Source: Camelus dromedarius
Lineage: Eukaryota
Assembly: GCF_036321535.1 (NCBI RefSeq)
Contig: NC_087437.1
Location: 38,194,001 to 38,258,000, forward strand
Length of the DNA stretch: 64,000 nucleotides
Direction of reading: 5' to 3'
Shown here: in pieces, positions 25,258 through 37,965 of the stretch
How the letters are laid out: each line of letters begins with the position of its first letter
How positions within the stretch are numbered: the stretch's first letter is position 1
Notes under the pieces: generated by a model
Seen by the model: only the letters and a program-made list of their open reading frames with translations
Databases searched by the model: none
What the model was told of the DNA's origin: nothing
Made by a program: the position numbers and the translations under genes

Positions 25258-26794
25258 AAAGAAATGGAAATTTCTTATCTTACTGTGAAATAGCTTACTA
25301 CAAAACATATTGGAGACAGTATATACTAATTTTAAAGAGAAGTGTCATAAAGAAATATTTTAATATTAAAATAAATTCAAGAGTTAAAACTTGTTATCTG
25401 GGTAAATAAAATATATATTTTATATTTATAAAGAAACTTCATGATTAAAAGAATAAAGGACAGCAATAATATCTAAAGCTCAAGAAAATAGGATGTGAAA
25501 TTTGACATTATAAGTATAGGATTTAAAATTTTTTAAGCAGTAAAAATATCTTTGAATAAAATGATTAGACACTAGTGTTGGTTGACAGTTTGTGGCAGAA
25601 GTGACCTGTATTGGTCCTGGATATTGCTGATAACTTCAGAATGAAGCAAGAAACAAGCAAGCAAACAAAAAAACTAAATGAAATAACAAAATTTCTAAAC
25701 GAATAGCAAATTTCTAAGTGAAATAAATCCATTAATGTTTTCTATAAATATTCTATTTATTAAAAGGCAAACAGATCAAAAATTAATTGAAGGATAAGGA
25801 AACCAACCTCTGGAATAGATGACATTGCACTGACATAATAAATGACAGAGAAGACTGTCAACACAATTCGGAGTGTGCAGTGATGAACAGAGTAAGAAGA
25901 AATGATGCAATAATTCTTCTGCCACAAGAACACCAAATTAATTCCTGATTAATTAACTCTTGCCTGTAATACAATGTTTTAAAGTGAGTCATTAAATAGT
26001 CGTAAAATGAATTTACTTGTCATAAAAGCACTAACATATTAGTTCAGATGTCATCTTAAGAGAAAGAATAAACAAGAACGTGAGTGTTCAGTAGAACTCC
26101 TTTGGAGATCAGGTAATTTATAATGAAAAGTTATTGACTCCATTTCTGAAAGATTTGATCAAAACCCCTATATTTTGAGCTATAATGTCACGTGGATTTC
26201 TGAGAGGGATCTGTGAATTCCTCTTTATACCAAATACTGTCTCAAGTAATGCCAATTCACAAATGCTGCGTTGACTGTTTTCTTGGAACATTTGTAGACG
26301 CTATTATGATTAATGTAATGCTCTTAGTTTAAAATGTTGAGTTTATTGCATCTGATATTTATTCTCATGAATAATAAAAATAAAAATCCTATTAGCCAAG
26401 ATTCCATAAAAATATTTTGCACTAAGAATTAGTTTTAAAATATTAAGTCACTATCCAATATTTATATGCCTTAGTTCTTATTTTTTCTGTGAACTCTATA
26501 TTAATGTTGGATAAATCCCTTTTACCATTATGAATGTAAAGGCACTATAATGGAGCCACTGACAAGTGGAAATATGCATTTATATCCATATTGCCCTTGT
26601 TTATCTGAAAAAGATTTGCCACTTAAAATAAAATGAATGTCATTTTTCTTATCCAGGGACAATGAAATTATTAGATAGATTTATTTATGTTTGAGCATTT
26701 TTCTTTATTTGTTTTTCCTCAGTCTGTCTACATAGTTCTTCTATATTGGAAACATATAAGGTATCTAATTAATGACCATAGCTAAACTTTTTTG

Positions 26795-27015
26795 TAAGGT
26801 TTAATATACAGGTACTGTATTAAATATTCTGTATGCATTATGACGTGAAATCTTTCATGAGGTTGGTTCTAGTCTTATCTTCACTTAAGAATGAGAAAGC
26901 TGAGGTTTTAGATGGGTAAAGTACTTGACTTTAATTTCGTGGCTCAAAAGTCATAACCTAGCATTCAAATAGGCAATCTGATACCAGAAGCCAAAATTTA
27001 AATACAACTCAAACT
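26795..27015 (-). mobile_element. MIR SINE
   Basis: caggtactgtattaaat...gaatgagaaagctgagg...attcaaataggcaatctgataccagaagcc. Confidence 0.65.
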
Positions 27016-27674
27016 GTTAGTGATTAATGTACCACACTAAGTCGAGTTATTTTGTTAACATACTGTTTTTTTTTTATTGCTCTTACAGAGAACACTATGA
27101 TTTCCAGGTGCTACACCAACTCAGAAGTTGGATGGCGACAGCTTTGCTGTTTTGCTCCTTTTCCTTCATTCTTTACTTTTTTAGGGGCCTACCACCTTGT
27201 AGACTTTTGAAAGGATACTTCAAGAGCTTTTGTATTAAATCAATACACAAAACATCCCTCGCAAATAATCTTATCATCAATTGGCTATAATTTAACAAGC
27301 CCTAGTCACGCAGGGCTTTAAATGATTTATTAAGCCAAACGTTTTCACCTGAACAAAAGCATAGGTAAAAGCGTATTATGTTTGAAAAAATATGTGCTTT
27401 TCCATTTTGGTAAATAGAAATGGTGTGAAAATTAATTTATTTTTAATGTTCGCTTCTATGTTTTGGTTTCTTATTGTGTACAACTACTATTGGTTTTTCT
27501 TATTTGAGGAACTTCATTTCAATTTTTATTTCAGGTGAAATGTTTACATGAATATACTGCTTTCGTTTCAGAAAGCTTTTCAATATTTTAGCACCCCTAT
27601 TGAAATTTTTTTTTTCTGTTTTGTTTATTTGCATTTTTATTGTCTGGAAAATTTCTACATTTCACACTTACTCA

Positions 27675-27890
27675 TTTGTTTCTCATTTTGAAAAATTTCA
27701 AACGTGTGTAAAGATGAACAAGAGTATAATGAATCCCCATTACCTATCACTTAGCTTCACAAATTATTAACACAGTCAATCGTTCATCATGCATAATATT
27801 TTAGAATGTCTAAAAGCGAATTCTATTTTAAAATATAACTACAATACAGTTGTCACATGCAATTTTCATACTTAATTCCTTACTATCATT
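27675..27890 (-). mobile_element. L1MC4/5-like 3' end
   Basis: ttttgaaaaatttcaaacg...agtataatgaatccccattacctatcacttagcttca. Confidence 0.55.
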
Positions 27891-30839
27891 TCTTTTTCTT
27901 AATCCCTTTTGAAGTATTTTGAGGTATCAGTTTAAGCTTTAAACTGTGGCCACAACTTCCTGGCCTGTTTTCTTGTCTTGTTTTTATAGGAAACTCTTCC
28001 TGAAATTCTAAGATGGAGGTGTGAGAACAGTTTTTCAGGCTTCAGAGTTCTCCAGCTCCATCTTCTCTTTGGTTTCAACTCTCAGTGGTTCCCTCACTGT
28101 GAGGTTTTGTCCTGGTTGGGTGTTTTAGTTTATCACTTTAAAGGATTTGTAAGGCCCAGGATTCTCCAGTCTTTTTGTATTTCCCATGAACCCATGAACA
28201 GGAGTGCAAAATTCCCTCCCACTTTCCCATGCTGTTGACCCACTGCTTCTCCCAACACAATGTCTGCAGTGTATCTATGGCAATTTTTTGGTTCTCCTCT
28301 TCTCAGATTTGTCAGATGCCCCTTGTTTCCAACTACTGCTCTCACATAAATTCTGCTATCTTGTAGGTCTGGATGCTGTGCTTTTTTTCCTGTATACTTA
28401 CATTTGTGGGTTCCTGCTTATTGACATGTGGTACTGTGGTACAGTCATCGTGTATTTTTTTGTTTTGTTAGTCTTTTTGTCCTGCCCCCATCTTCCACCA
28501 ATTTCTTATTTTACAGTTACTCTTGAATTATAGTTTAGTTGAACAAAATTTTGATGGTTAGGTTTTTGTTTGGTTTGTTTCTTTGGTCTCAGGATTTTGA
28601 AGATATTATTCCACTGTTTTCTGGTGTTCATTGTTGTTAGTAAGAAGAGTATTAGCTCTTTATTGTTATAATTGTATTTGTTCTATAATTAAAAATGAGA
28701 TTAAAAGTGGACACAGAAAACTATTGGCTTTTTTCATATTACAGATAGAGTTTCATTCAACACTTTAATGTATTGCTTATTTAAATTTTCACATAACATG
28801 TTCTTTTTGTTGAAAAAATAATTTATGTTTTCTCTAGATATGACAATTGTGGTGTATACCAGGAAGAATTATATGATGATTCAAAATGCTTGGACTTAGA
28901 GGTTGAGAGGTAAATTTTTGTTTCTGCCATTAATTAATTAGATCATTTTGGAGCTTTTCACTCAAATACTTCTTACAGTATTGTATCTTTTATGACTGCT
29001 GATAATGCCTTGTCCCTGCCTTGTAGGGAGCCTGGAAATACAAAACTACATTTTAAATACCTGCAGAGAAGGAAATTGCTCTATCAATTTGAGCATTATT
29101 TGACCATTATCATTTTTTCTAATAGTATTAAAAGTATTATTTTTATAGAACAAAATTACATGATGCTCACTTAAAGATAAATATTATAGCTGTAATTATA
29201 TGCATATATATATGTATATAATGCAACTTCTTCAGTATCAGATAATTCTTAGGAGAAGAAAGGATATGCTTTTTGAGTGGGCATTATTTGACATCAATAT
29301 AATAAGTCTCCTAATATATTATGTATTCATACATCCATAGGAAAACAACATAGGGAAAATAGCATAGAGAGTAATTCTACAGGTTAAAAAGCATTATTAT
29401 TTAAAGGGGTAGGGTACAAGAAATATACAGCATTAATTTACTGATTACAGTAGAAGTTAGCACAAAAATAAAAGTATCATCATAATTATATTGCAAATGT
29501 CATATTTCCAGAGTCATATTCTTGAGGGACTCATAAAACAACCAATCATGTTTTCATTAAAATGTAAGGTGTTATGTTTTATTTAAAATTGCTTCAGGAA
29601 CAAACATTTAAAGTTTCACTAAAATGAGAAATGTTTTGAACATATTCCTTTTATTTCTTATTTATCAATTGAAGAATTTATTCACAATGTTAAGCTGGGA
29701 AAGATTTGACAACTTTTAAATTCATTTTATACTGATACATTATCAATCATGCATGAGCAAGACAATGATTCTTTTTAATAATCAGCTAGCCATATAAAGT
29801 GTACTTCAACAGAAATAAAAAATAATAATATTCAGTGATTCATAGTAAATCTTTTAATGTGTAGCAGTATTGCTTCTGACAAATAAAGCAAGAAACACAT
29901 GGGATATATCATGATGATCATTTATGCTAACTAGAGTGAAGCAGAAATGTTCAATCAATTTTTTTTATCATCAAATTCAGGCAGAAGAAAAAGCTTAGTT
30001 CAAGCTTTCAAAGTTTCCCTTTTTAAGAGGATTTACCATCTTATTTCCTCAGTGCATTTTCGTTTTTCATCAACCTCAATACACAGTAAACACATACTCT
30101 CTTCTGCTGTCTGCCATTCTTTGCATTGGAACCCAGAGTTCAATAGGTTAGTTTCATTTTGGTTAATCAGAACATTATTTCTTGAAACACAGCTTTTGGT
30201 GGGAAGAGGGGTGAGAAAATAGGCTCACGAAACAGAATGCTTTATACATGCTATGTATTAATGAGTGAATTTTAAAATTATTTTTCTTCTAATTATAATG
30301 CAAAGTTATTTCTCATTGGCATGATTGGTATTTACTGCAACAAAATATAAACAGTATATTTTCAAATACTTTCAATAATGTATAACTTTTACTTGTATAT
30401 TTATTTTACATGCTAGGTATAATAATTCACATGTGTTAGATTATTAGTCAATATTTTTATAACAAAATCAAATTTTATTGCTGATCTATAACATCCTTCT
30501 TTATGTGAGTTTATATTTTAGTTTTCTGTAGGAAAAATGTTCTAAGAAAAAGAAAATCCCATTGAAACTTTTTATGATCATACACTTAACTAAAGCCACA
30601 TAAATCCATATGCATGAAATAAAACAAGGAGAATAAGTTTATTATCCACTACGAAGTCTATTTATAATATACGAACGTCCAAAAGGAACAGAAAAATCAC
30701 ATCAAGGATTTATCTGATATTTTTTTCCTGTCTACCAACAAAATATTCCTTCGAGAAGAATATTATGACTATTGCTCAAACATTATTTCTAGGAGCTTTG
30801 CAAGAGTTATTTTTAAAACAAGAGTTTGAATTCACTTGT

Positions 30840-31110
30840 TGTAAACAGATTAGGTGCCCAGTTTGTGTACAGCCCTATCTGAGGTCTGCAGGGAGTGCCT
30901 GTTCTGCACCTAACACCAACCTTTATGATAGAAGAGACATCATTTTTACATTTAAACACCTTGATTATAAGGCAGAAAATAAATGCCACACAAAATTAGT
31001 AAGACAAAGTACCATGAGAATATTGAAGAGCAAAAAGGAACTTCAACCGGGGGCAGACAAAGACTGGGAGTGGGGAAGGGCAGGGCAGTGGGCCTGAGAA
31101 GACTTCAAAT
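30840..31110 (-). mobile_element. L2 fragment
   Basis: aacagattaggtgcccagtttgtgtacagccctatctgagg...acaaagtaccatgaga; diverged. Confidence 0.4.
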
Positions 31111-31829
31111 ACAAAGTTGTATTAATGCGTATCTTTATCGGTGCTGAGGAAATCCAGTTACCCTCGCCCAATTTCACATTGAATTTTTTGTTTTGTGCTA
31201 GTAAATTTCCTGGAAAATTAAACATTTATCAGGAAATTTTTGAAATTAAACAAAAAACAGTAACTTCGTGTATCAAATCTCACGCACGCTCATTTCTGTT
31301 ATCAATGATATCCAATTCAAATAATGAGTGAAGATGAATTTACATAAGTGGATGGGTGAGACCACTTATTTTGCTAACATTAGACATGGCCCAAAAGATG
31401 AATTGGGTCTGAAAACATATTCAGAACATCCATTTCTAATATATCACATAGCAGCTGGTCATACCTGCTGTTATTCACGTTAGCTATTTTAATGATGGTC
31501 TTGTCGCTTTCTTTTAGCTCTTTCAGAGCCTTAGGCTGCTATGTTTCTCAAGAGCTAGAGATATGTTTCTGTATTTTGTTTTGTCTTAATTAAGGGGAAA
31601 AAATCCGTTTTTATGTGCCTGAATAAGAGTTTGATGAAAATGATTAATAGTTCAAGAGTATTTTAAAAATTAATAATTTTTCTTTAAATATTGAATATCA
31701 AAACTGCTTTTGGAAGTAATACTTTACCATGAAATTTCACCAGGCTAAATATTTAGACATAAGAATACTACTACCTGTTTCCCACAGAGAAGTCAGTGAC
31801 CTGACCCATCCCTGCTTTAGATTTTTTTT

Positions 31830-32055
31830 CATTAATCAAACACCACATGGTGCTTTGTGTCAAGCACTATTTTAAGTGTTTATTAAAATATCAATACAAT
31901 ATGCCAACCATGAGAGAAAGCTATTGCTATTATTGTGCTGATAGAAGAGATGAGGAAATAAAAGACAGAGAAGTTATGCACCATGCCCAAGGTCACACAG
32001 CTGGTAACTTACTAGAGTAGGATTTAAACATAAGCAGGCTGTCTCCAGAAGGCTC
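31830..32055 (-). mobile_element. MIR SINE
   Basis: gatgaggaaataaaagacagagaagtta...tgcccaaggtcacacagctggtaa. Confidence 0.8.
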
Positions 32056-32109
32056 CCTGGCTGCCTGGACTTTTTCTCTCTTCATGAAAATTCACCCATT
32101 CACTGAGCC

Positions 32110-32593
32110 AACTCCCAGGATACTTTCAGGGGTTTGAGGTCAAATAATTTTTATAATGATACTAAATATTATTTGTCATTTTTTGCTTTGATACCCTCAA
32201 AAATGTACAGTGGAGTTTTCTGGTTGCTGCAAGATATCTGATATACAGCAGATTGATAGTAGAAGCAGAGAATTCAGTCGTTTTCTCCTAAGCCAAATGT
32301 TAAAGAATTTTAGCAAAATGTAAAACAATAACACTCTTATTACTATGTTTTCTTGTTTGTTTTTTGGAAATAAAACTATTTTAAAAATGTATTACATCGA
32401 TATGCAATATATTTATTTTACTATTTTAAGTATTATTAATAAATGTTTTCAAAATACCTCATTTTTAATGTCTAATGTGGAATATATATGTAACTATATA
32501 ACAATTTCATTCCACATAAACAAAACCTCTTTGAGATTCTCAAGTTTTAAGAGTATAAAGGGGTCTTGAAAGTAAAACACTTGAGAATCACTG
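32110..32593 (+). mobile_element. hAT-Charlie non-autonomous element (Charlie1b-like), copy 1
   Basis: tgtacagtggagttttc...aaaatgtaaaacaat...ccacataaacaaaac...ttgagaatcactg (right TIR); left TIR not seen. Confidence 0.8.
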
Positions 32594-35500
32594 CCTTTGA
32601 AACTTGCTTGGGGCCTAAAGCATCCCATAAATTAATTACAATTTAGGAGTTAAATATACTCTTTGATGGAGGGTTATTATTTTTTCTCCCTGAGTAAATT
32701 TAATCTTAATATGGCACTTTATAGCTTTAAGACAAAAAACGTTAAATTTTTGCAAAATTAAATTAAATTAAAAGTACATACACACAAATTCAACTTAAAG
32801 ATCTCAAAATCTTTTTATTTCCTATTCATAATTATAGAGTTACTTAACGTCCCTGCCCCCATTAAGGTGATTCTTACTAGATCTCACACATCGTGTTCAC
32901 ACACGCCGTGTTCGTTTTTACTTATGCTGAAATGCTTAGACACGCAGCACAACATAATGGAGAAAGAAGGAGATGCTGCAATGAGTAAAACCTGAAATAA
33001 ACTTTGGCTGCACTGCTTACCAGCCGTCCTTGGTGAATGTGCAGCCTCTGACCAATGACACTCAACCTGAAGATCTGCTGTGATGACTATGAAATATGCA
33101 TCACTTTATCTTAGCTAGGTATCAGCTTTCTCATCCGTAAAATTATGATAAAAATTGTTTTCAGGATTCTTGCAACTCATTTATAAAGAATACTTTGAAC
33201 AATTCTATCAGTGAGAATATGTGAAATAAAGGCATATTAGTGATTAAATTAATTACTTAGTACATTGAAGGCATTAATAAATGAGTTTCTTTCATATTAC
33301 CCTTTTAAAAAAAAATTACAACCAGATCTAAGTTTCATGACTTATGTCAAGTTTGATGTCTTCACTAAAATCTACATTCAACATTGCTTTTCCTTCATTA
33401 AACTTTAATGTTTAAACATATTTATATCTTTAAGCATGTATATGTTCATTAAAATGTGGTATTATTATATACATTTTTATGTTTACTTTGTCATAGCAGT
33501 GCAAGTATATTTGAGAACCATATTGTTAAATTCATAACAATTCAGGATTTTTATATCTTCCTGATAAGTGGGAATTAGGCAATAAAATTCCTTATTCCAA
33601 AAAATTGTTTTTTATCTAGAAGTCTAATTTGTATGATATTAACATTGACTCATAAACTTTAATTGGGCAGTCAATATATTTTAAGATAACTTTCCTCCTG
33701 TAATCCTTATGTGCTTAAATTTACTGTTTTATACTCCTATTGCAGAAAAATTCTTCTTTAATATTATGGTCTAAGGGCTGCTGTTTAAATCAAGTAATGA
33801 TTCAGTGAAAAAATATTTTGTGTATTCAATTTTCCTGAGCATATTCTTTTCACAAGTGCTATAACAATAATTAATATGGACTTAGCCATCATAATCACCA
33901 GAAGCTATTCCTCATTCCTCTAAAAACGGAGAAGCACAAATGCCAGAACCGCCAAGGATGAACTGAATCCAGGCTGCAGTGTCACCTTCCTGTAGGTCTT
34001 CGGCCTTCCTTCTCCAAATCGTCCTGGACCTTATGTAAACTGTATTTTCTTCCATCGGTGATTTGCAGACTACTAATTGCTTTATCTAAAATGTGTTACA
34101 CAAGATATTAATAATGATTTACTCAATGGTAATCCTATGAATGGTTTCTAATTTTATTTTTCATTTAAATAACAGTTGCCCAGGCCAATATTTCATGTTA
34201 GGGTATCATTTTGATTCTCTGTGGATTTAAATCACTCTGTTCTTAAATTTTTTTACCTTTCAAGATAATCAATTTTTTTAGCCATCGGGTTATATCTTGC
34301 TGATTAAAAAAGCAAGTTAAAATGTTATAAATAGTAAATATAGAAGCTTAATTCACTAAAACTGAGTTCGTAAAGGAATTTATATTTCAACATTTTCCAT
34401 CATAAATGCAAGAACACTTTTTATAAAATAGGCTAATATATGTAATTATTTCTTTTCAAGCAAGCTTTGAATCTCAAAACAAAGGAAATCTCATAAACAA
34501 AGATTAATGATGGGTGGCAATCTTTATATGTGAAGCTTATAAAATACTTCTACAATTTATCTACTATCACTATTAATACTTTTATTACTACAAATATTTA
34601 TTAATACTTTCACTTTTAACACTTTCCCTATTTTTCTTAAAAACTGTTTTTTGGAGGAAAAAATAAAGCAGACATGGGAAAATATATGTGTTTCAATATC
34701 AATGGTGAATGAAATAAGGTAAAGTATGTTTATGGGGGTGGGATCAGAAGACAAACAGACCTTATAAATAGTTATAAGTATTAATAAAATATTAATAGTT
34801 AGTCTTTGTACCCTTAATGTTACAAATTATAAAGATGGGTACTCAAAAAATAAACTACAAAATCATTAAATGTTTGCATACTGGAGAACAATATAAATAC
34901 AATAATGATACCAAAGAAATAATTTGCTTTACATATTTTCCATCTTTTGAATTTTACATAAAGATTTTTAAAAGGCTATGATTGTAAAATGTATATGATA
35001 AATTTTAGGATTTTCTCAAAAATTAAAAAGTTCCCAAATAATGTAATATGTTTATATTAATACAATCAATATGAAATAAAAAATAAATTCAAGATGAAAT
35101 GAAGAAAAGAACATATTTATCCTTTCCAATTTATTTGCTAAAGTTGAAGACATCTATTGTGAATTTTTTGGTTATTACACTTCAAGAATTAGATTTTTAA
35201 AATACATATACTATTACCTGAGTTGTATTAAATCTATTTCCCTGATACGTGTACATTTATCTGATTAAAAATGCAATTTCTGGTTCCAGATACGAAATCG
35301 AGTGGGATTTTACACAAACTCAGGCTTGTAAGGCCTGCGCAAAACACCAAAGGTTGTAATGATGCCATTTTCTTAAGACTTGATGGAAAAGCAGATTTCA
35401 AGCCAAAGCCTAGAGTATTTTACCATTTTATTTACTGTTTCATTTTTACCATGATTACAGGGTTTTTTTTTTAACCCTTTTATGCAGAAACCTGTACTCA

Positions 35501-35699
35501 ATGTGAGGGGAAAAAGATGACTGGCTTCTTTTGACAGCTTGTGAGTACTTGTTAAGTACACTTACATTTCTTTTTTAAAGACTCTGACTTGTTAATGTAT
35601 CTTACACTAAGTGGATTTTCATTAACTATGTCATTTCTATTATTTCAGAAGCATCAGGCAGTCTTGTACAGAATATGACTAAATGGTAGGTGGTTCTCC

Positions 35700-35825
35700 C
35701 CTAGATGGAAGGCAAAGTGTGGAATCAGGCAGATCCGAAGCTCAGCTCAGTTCTGCCGTTTCTTAGCTATATCACCTTCAGTAAGAATCTCTGATTGTTA
35801 GATTCCTCATTTTTAAAATGGTACC
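35700..35825 (+). mobile_element. MIR fragment
   Basis: ggaatcaggcagatcc...ttctgccgtttcttagctat...ttcctcatttttaaaatgg. Confidence 0.6.
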
Positions 35826-35963
35826 TTCTTGACAATAAACTGCTGTTTTTAGAGTGCTTAGGACCTTGTTTCCCACTTCCAACAATAGAGGTGGCTATTG
35901 TTTATTTATCAACTAACCATATATTCTGTTTACACTATTGTAAACCAGGTAGCTGATCATGTA

Positions 35964-36407
35964 CTTTTTTATTGAAGTACAATTGATTTAAAATATTATA
36001 TTAATTTCAAGTGTAGTGATTCATATTGATTTGATATTTTATAGACTATACTTCATTTAAATTATTACAAAGCAATGGTTTTATTTCCCTGTGCAGTACA
36101 ATATGTCCTTGTTGTCTATCAATATTATACATCACAGTTTGTATTTCTTAATCCCATTCTCCTATCTCAACCCTCTCCCTTTCCTTCTCCTCACTGGGAA
36201 CCACTAGTTTGTCTCTACATCTGTGAGTATGTTTCTGGTTTGTTATGTACCTTCATTTGTTTTATTTTTTAGGCTCTGCATAAGTGATAATAGAGTATTT
36301 GTCTTTCTCTTTCTGACTTATTTTACTAAGCATGATATTCTCTAGGTCCATCCACATTGTTGCAAATGGCAGAATTTCATTCTTTTTATGGCTGAGGAAT
36401 ATTTCAT

Positions 36408-36472
<65 letters not shown>

Positions 36473-37307
36473 TTTTTATCCATTCGTCTATTGATGGACA
36501 CTTAGGTTGCTTCCATATCTTGCCTATTGTAAATAATGCTGCAGTGAACATTGGGGTCCATGTATCTTTTTGAATTACTATTTTGTTTTCTTCAGATATA
36601 AACTTAGTTGTGGAATTGCTGGATCATATGGTAGCTCCATTTTCAGTTTTTGAGGAACTTCCATACAGTTTTCCACAGTGGCTGTACCAATTTACAGTCC
36701 ATCCAACAGTGTACAAGGTTTTCCTTTTTCTCTACATCCTCTCTAGCATTTGTTGCTTGTAGACCTTTAGATGATAACCATTCTGACAGGTGTTTGGTGA
36801 TATCTCATTTTGGTTTTGATTTGCATTTCTCTAATGATTAGCAATATCGCACAGCTTTTCATGTGCCTGTTATCCATCTGTACATCTTTGGAAAACTTTC
36901 TGTTTAGGTCTTCTGCCCAGTTTTTAATTGGGTTGTTTGGATTTTTTGATCTTGAGTTAACAGCTACACTTAAAAGAATAAAATTAGAACATTTCCTCAC
37001 ACCATATACAAAAAATAAACTCAAAATGGATTTAAAGACCTAAATGTAAAATCTGAAACTATGAAACTCCTAGAAGAGAACTTAGGCAAAATACTAAGTT
37101 GTAGCAATGTTTTTGGATCTTTCTCTTAAGGAAAAAGAAATAAAAGGAAAAATAAACAAATGGAAGCTAATTAAACTTAAAAGCTTGTGCACAATAAAGG
37201 AAGCCCCTGACCAGATGAAAAGACAACCTACTGAACGGAAGAAAATATTTGCAAATGATATGACTGATAAGAAGTTAATATCCAAAATATATAAATAACT
37301 AATTCAC
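35964..37307 (-). mobile_element. 5'-truncated, 5'-inverted L1 with 11-bp TSD
   Basis: 35964-36958 is the antisense L1 3'UTR and ORF2 C-terminus (ORF track: MFTAALFTIGKIWKQPKCPSIDEWIKK). 36960-37306 is sense ORF2 (KINKWKLIKLKSLCTIKE). TSD ctgatcatgta at 35953-35963 and 37308-37318. Confidence 0.95.
36411..36470. repeat. (AT)30 microsatellite inside L1
   Basis: 60 bp of uninterrupted AT. Confidence 0.98.
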
Positions 37308-37507
37308 CTGATCATGTAATATGATGATGGTATAAATGAACTTAGGGAATAACAAAGGAATTGGAGAGGCCTCTCTTCTGGGTTCTCATATTTCTATGGA
37401 TACAGATGAGCTATTTTCTGGATTTGAAACTTTGAGTCAAAACCATATAGTTATAGTTTCATTTGTTTAACTTGATCCTTTAACAGTTGAGACAAAACTG
37501 TCTAGGC

Positions 37508-37965
37508 CAGTGTTCCTGAAATGTGGTGTGGATTTCCCTAGTGCCTAAGGCTCACCCAGGAGATTTGCAAGGTCAACTTATTTTTATCACGCTCCCCAGG
37601 TGTTGTTAAACCTTTTCACTCTTGTTTTCTATGAGGACACAGTAGTGTTCTCCAGGGACTATTAAGACGTGTGAGAGCACAAGAGATGAAATACAGAAGC
37701 AGAAAGGAGATCCCAGCTCTTATTTATGAAGTCAAACATTAAGGATGTTTGCAGAAATGTAAAGCTATGCAACTCTTCTGTTTCTATTATTTTTCATAAA
37801 CTATGTTATTTATGTTAACATGTGGCATTATTCTAAAATAAATAAATAAATGAATACATTTAAAATTTTAGATCATAATTTCTAATATCTGAAGTAACAA
37901 CAGACAATCCACTCAAACCAGCAAAGCTCTTTGTTGTTCTCAATCACTTTTTAAAGAGTCTAAAC
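37508..37965 (+). mobile_element. hAT-Charlie non-autonomous element (Charlie1b-like), copy 2
   Basis: Left TIR-like cagtgttcctgaaatgtggt; internal acagaagcaga...aacattaagga...atgttatttatgttaacatgt...aaagctctttg, collinear with copy 1. Confidence 0.75.

Noticed and set aside
35488..35684. Pair of plus-strand exon-like segments
   Set aside because: The first has stops in all three frames, and splice-like motifs are expected by chance in 64 kb.
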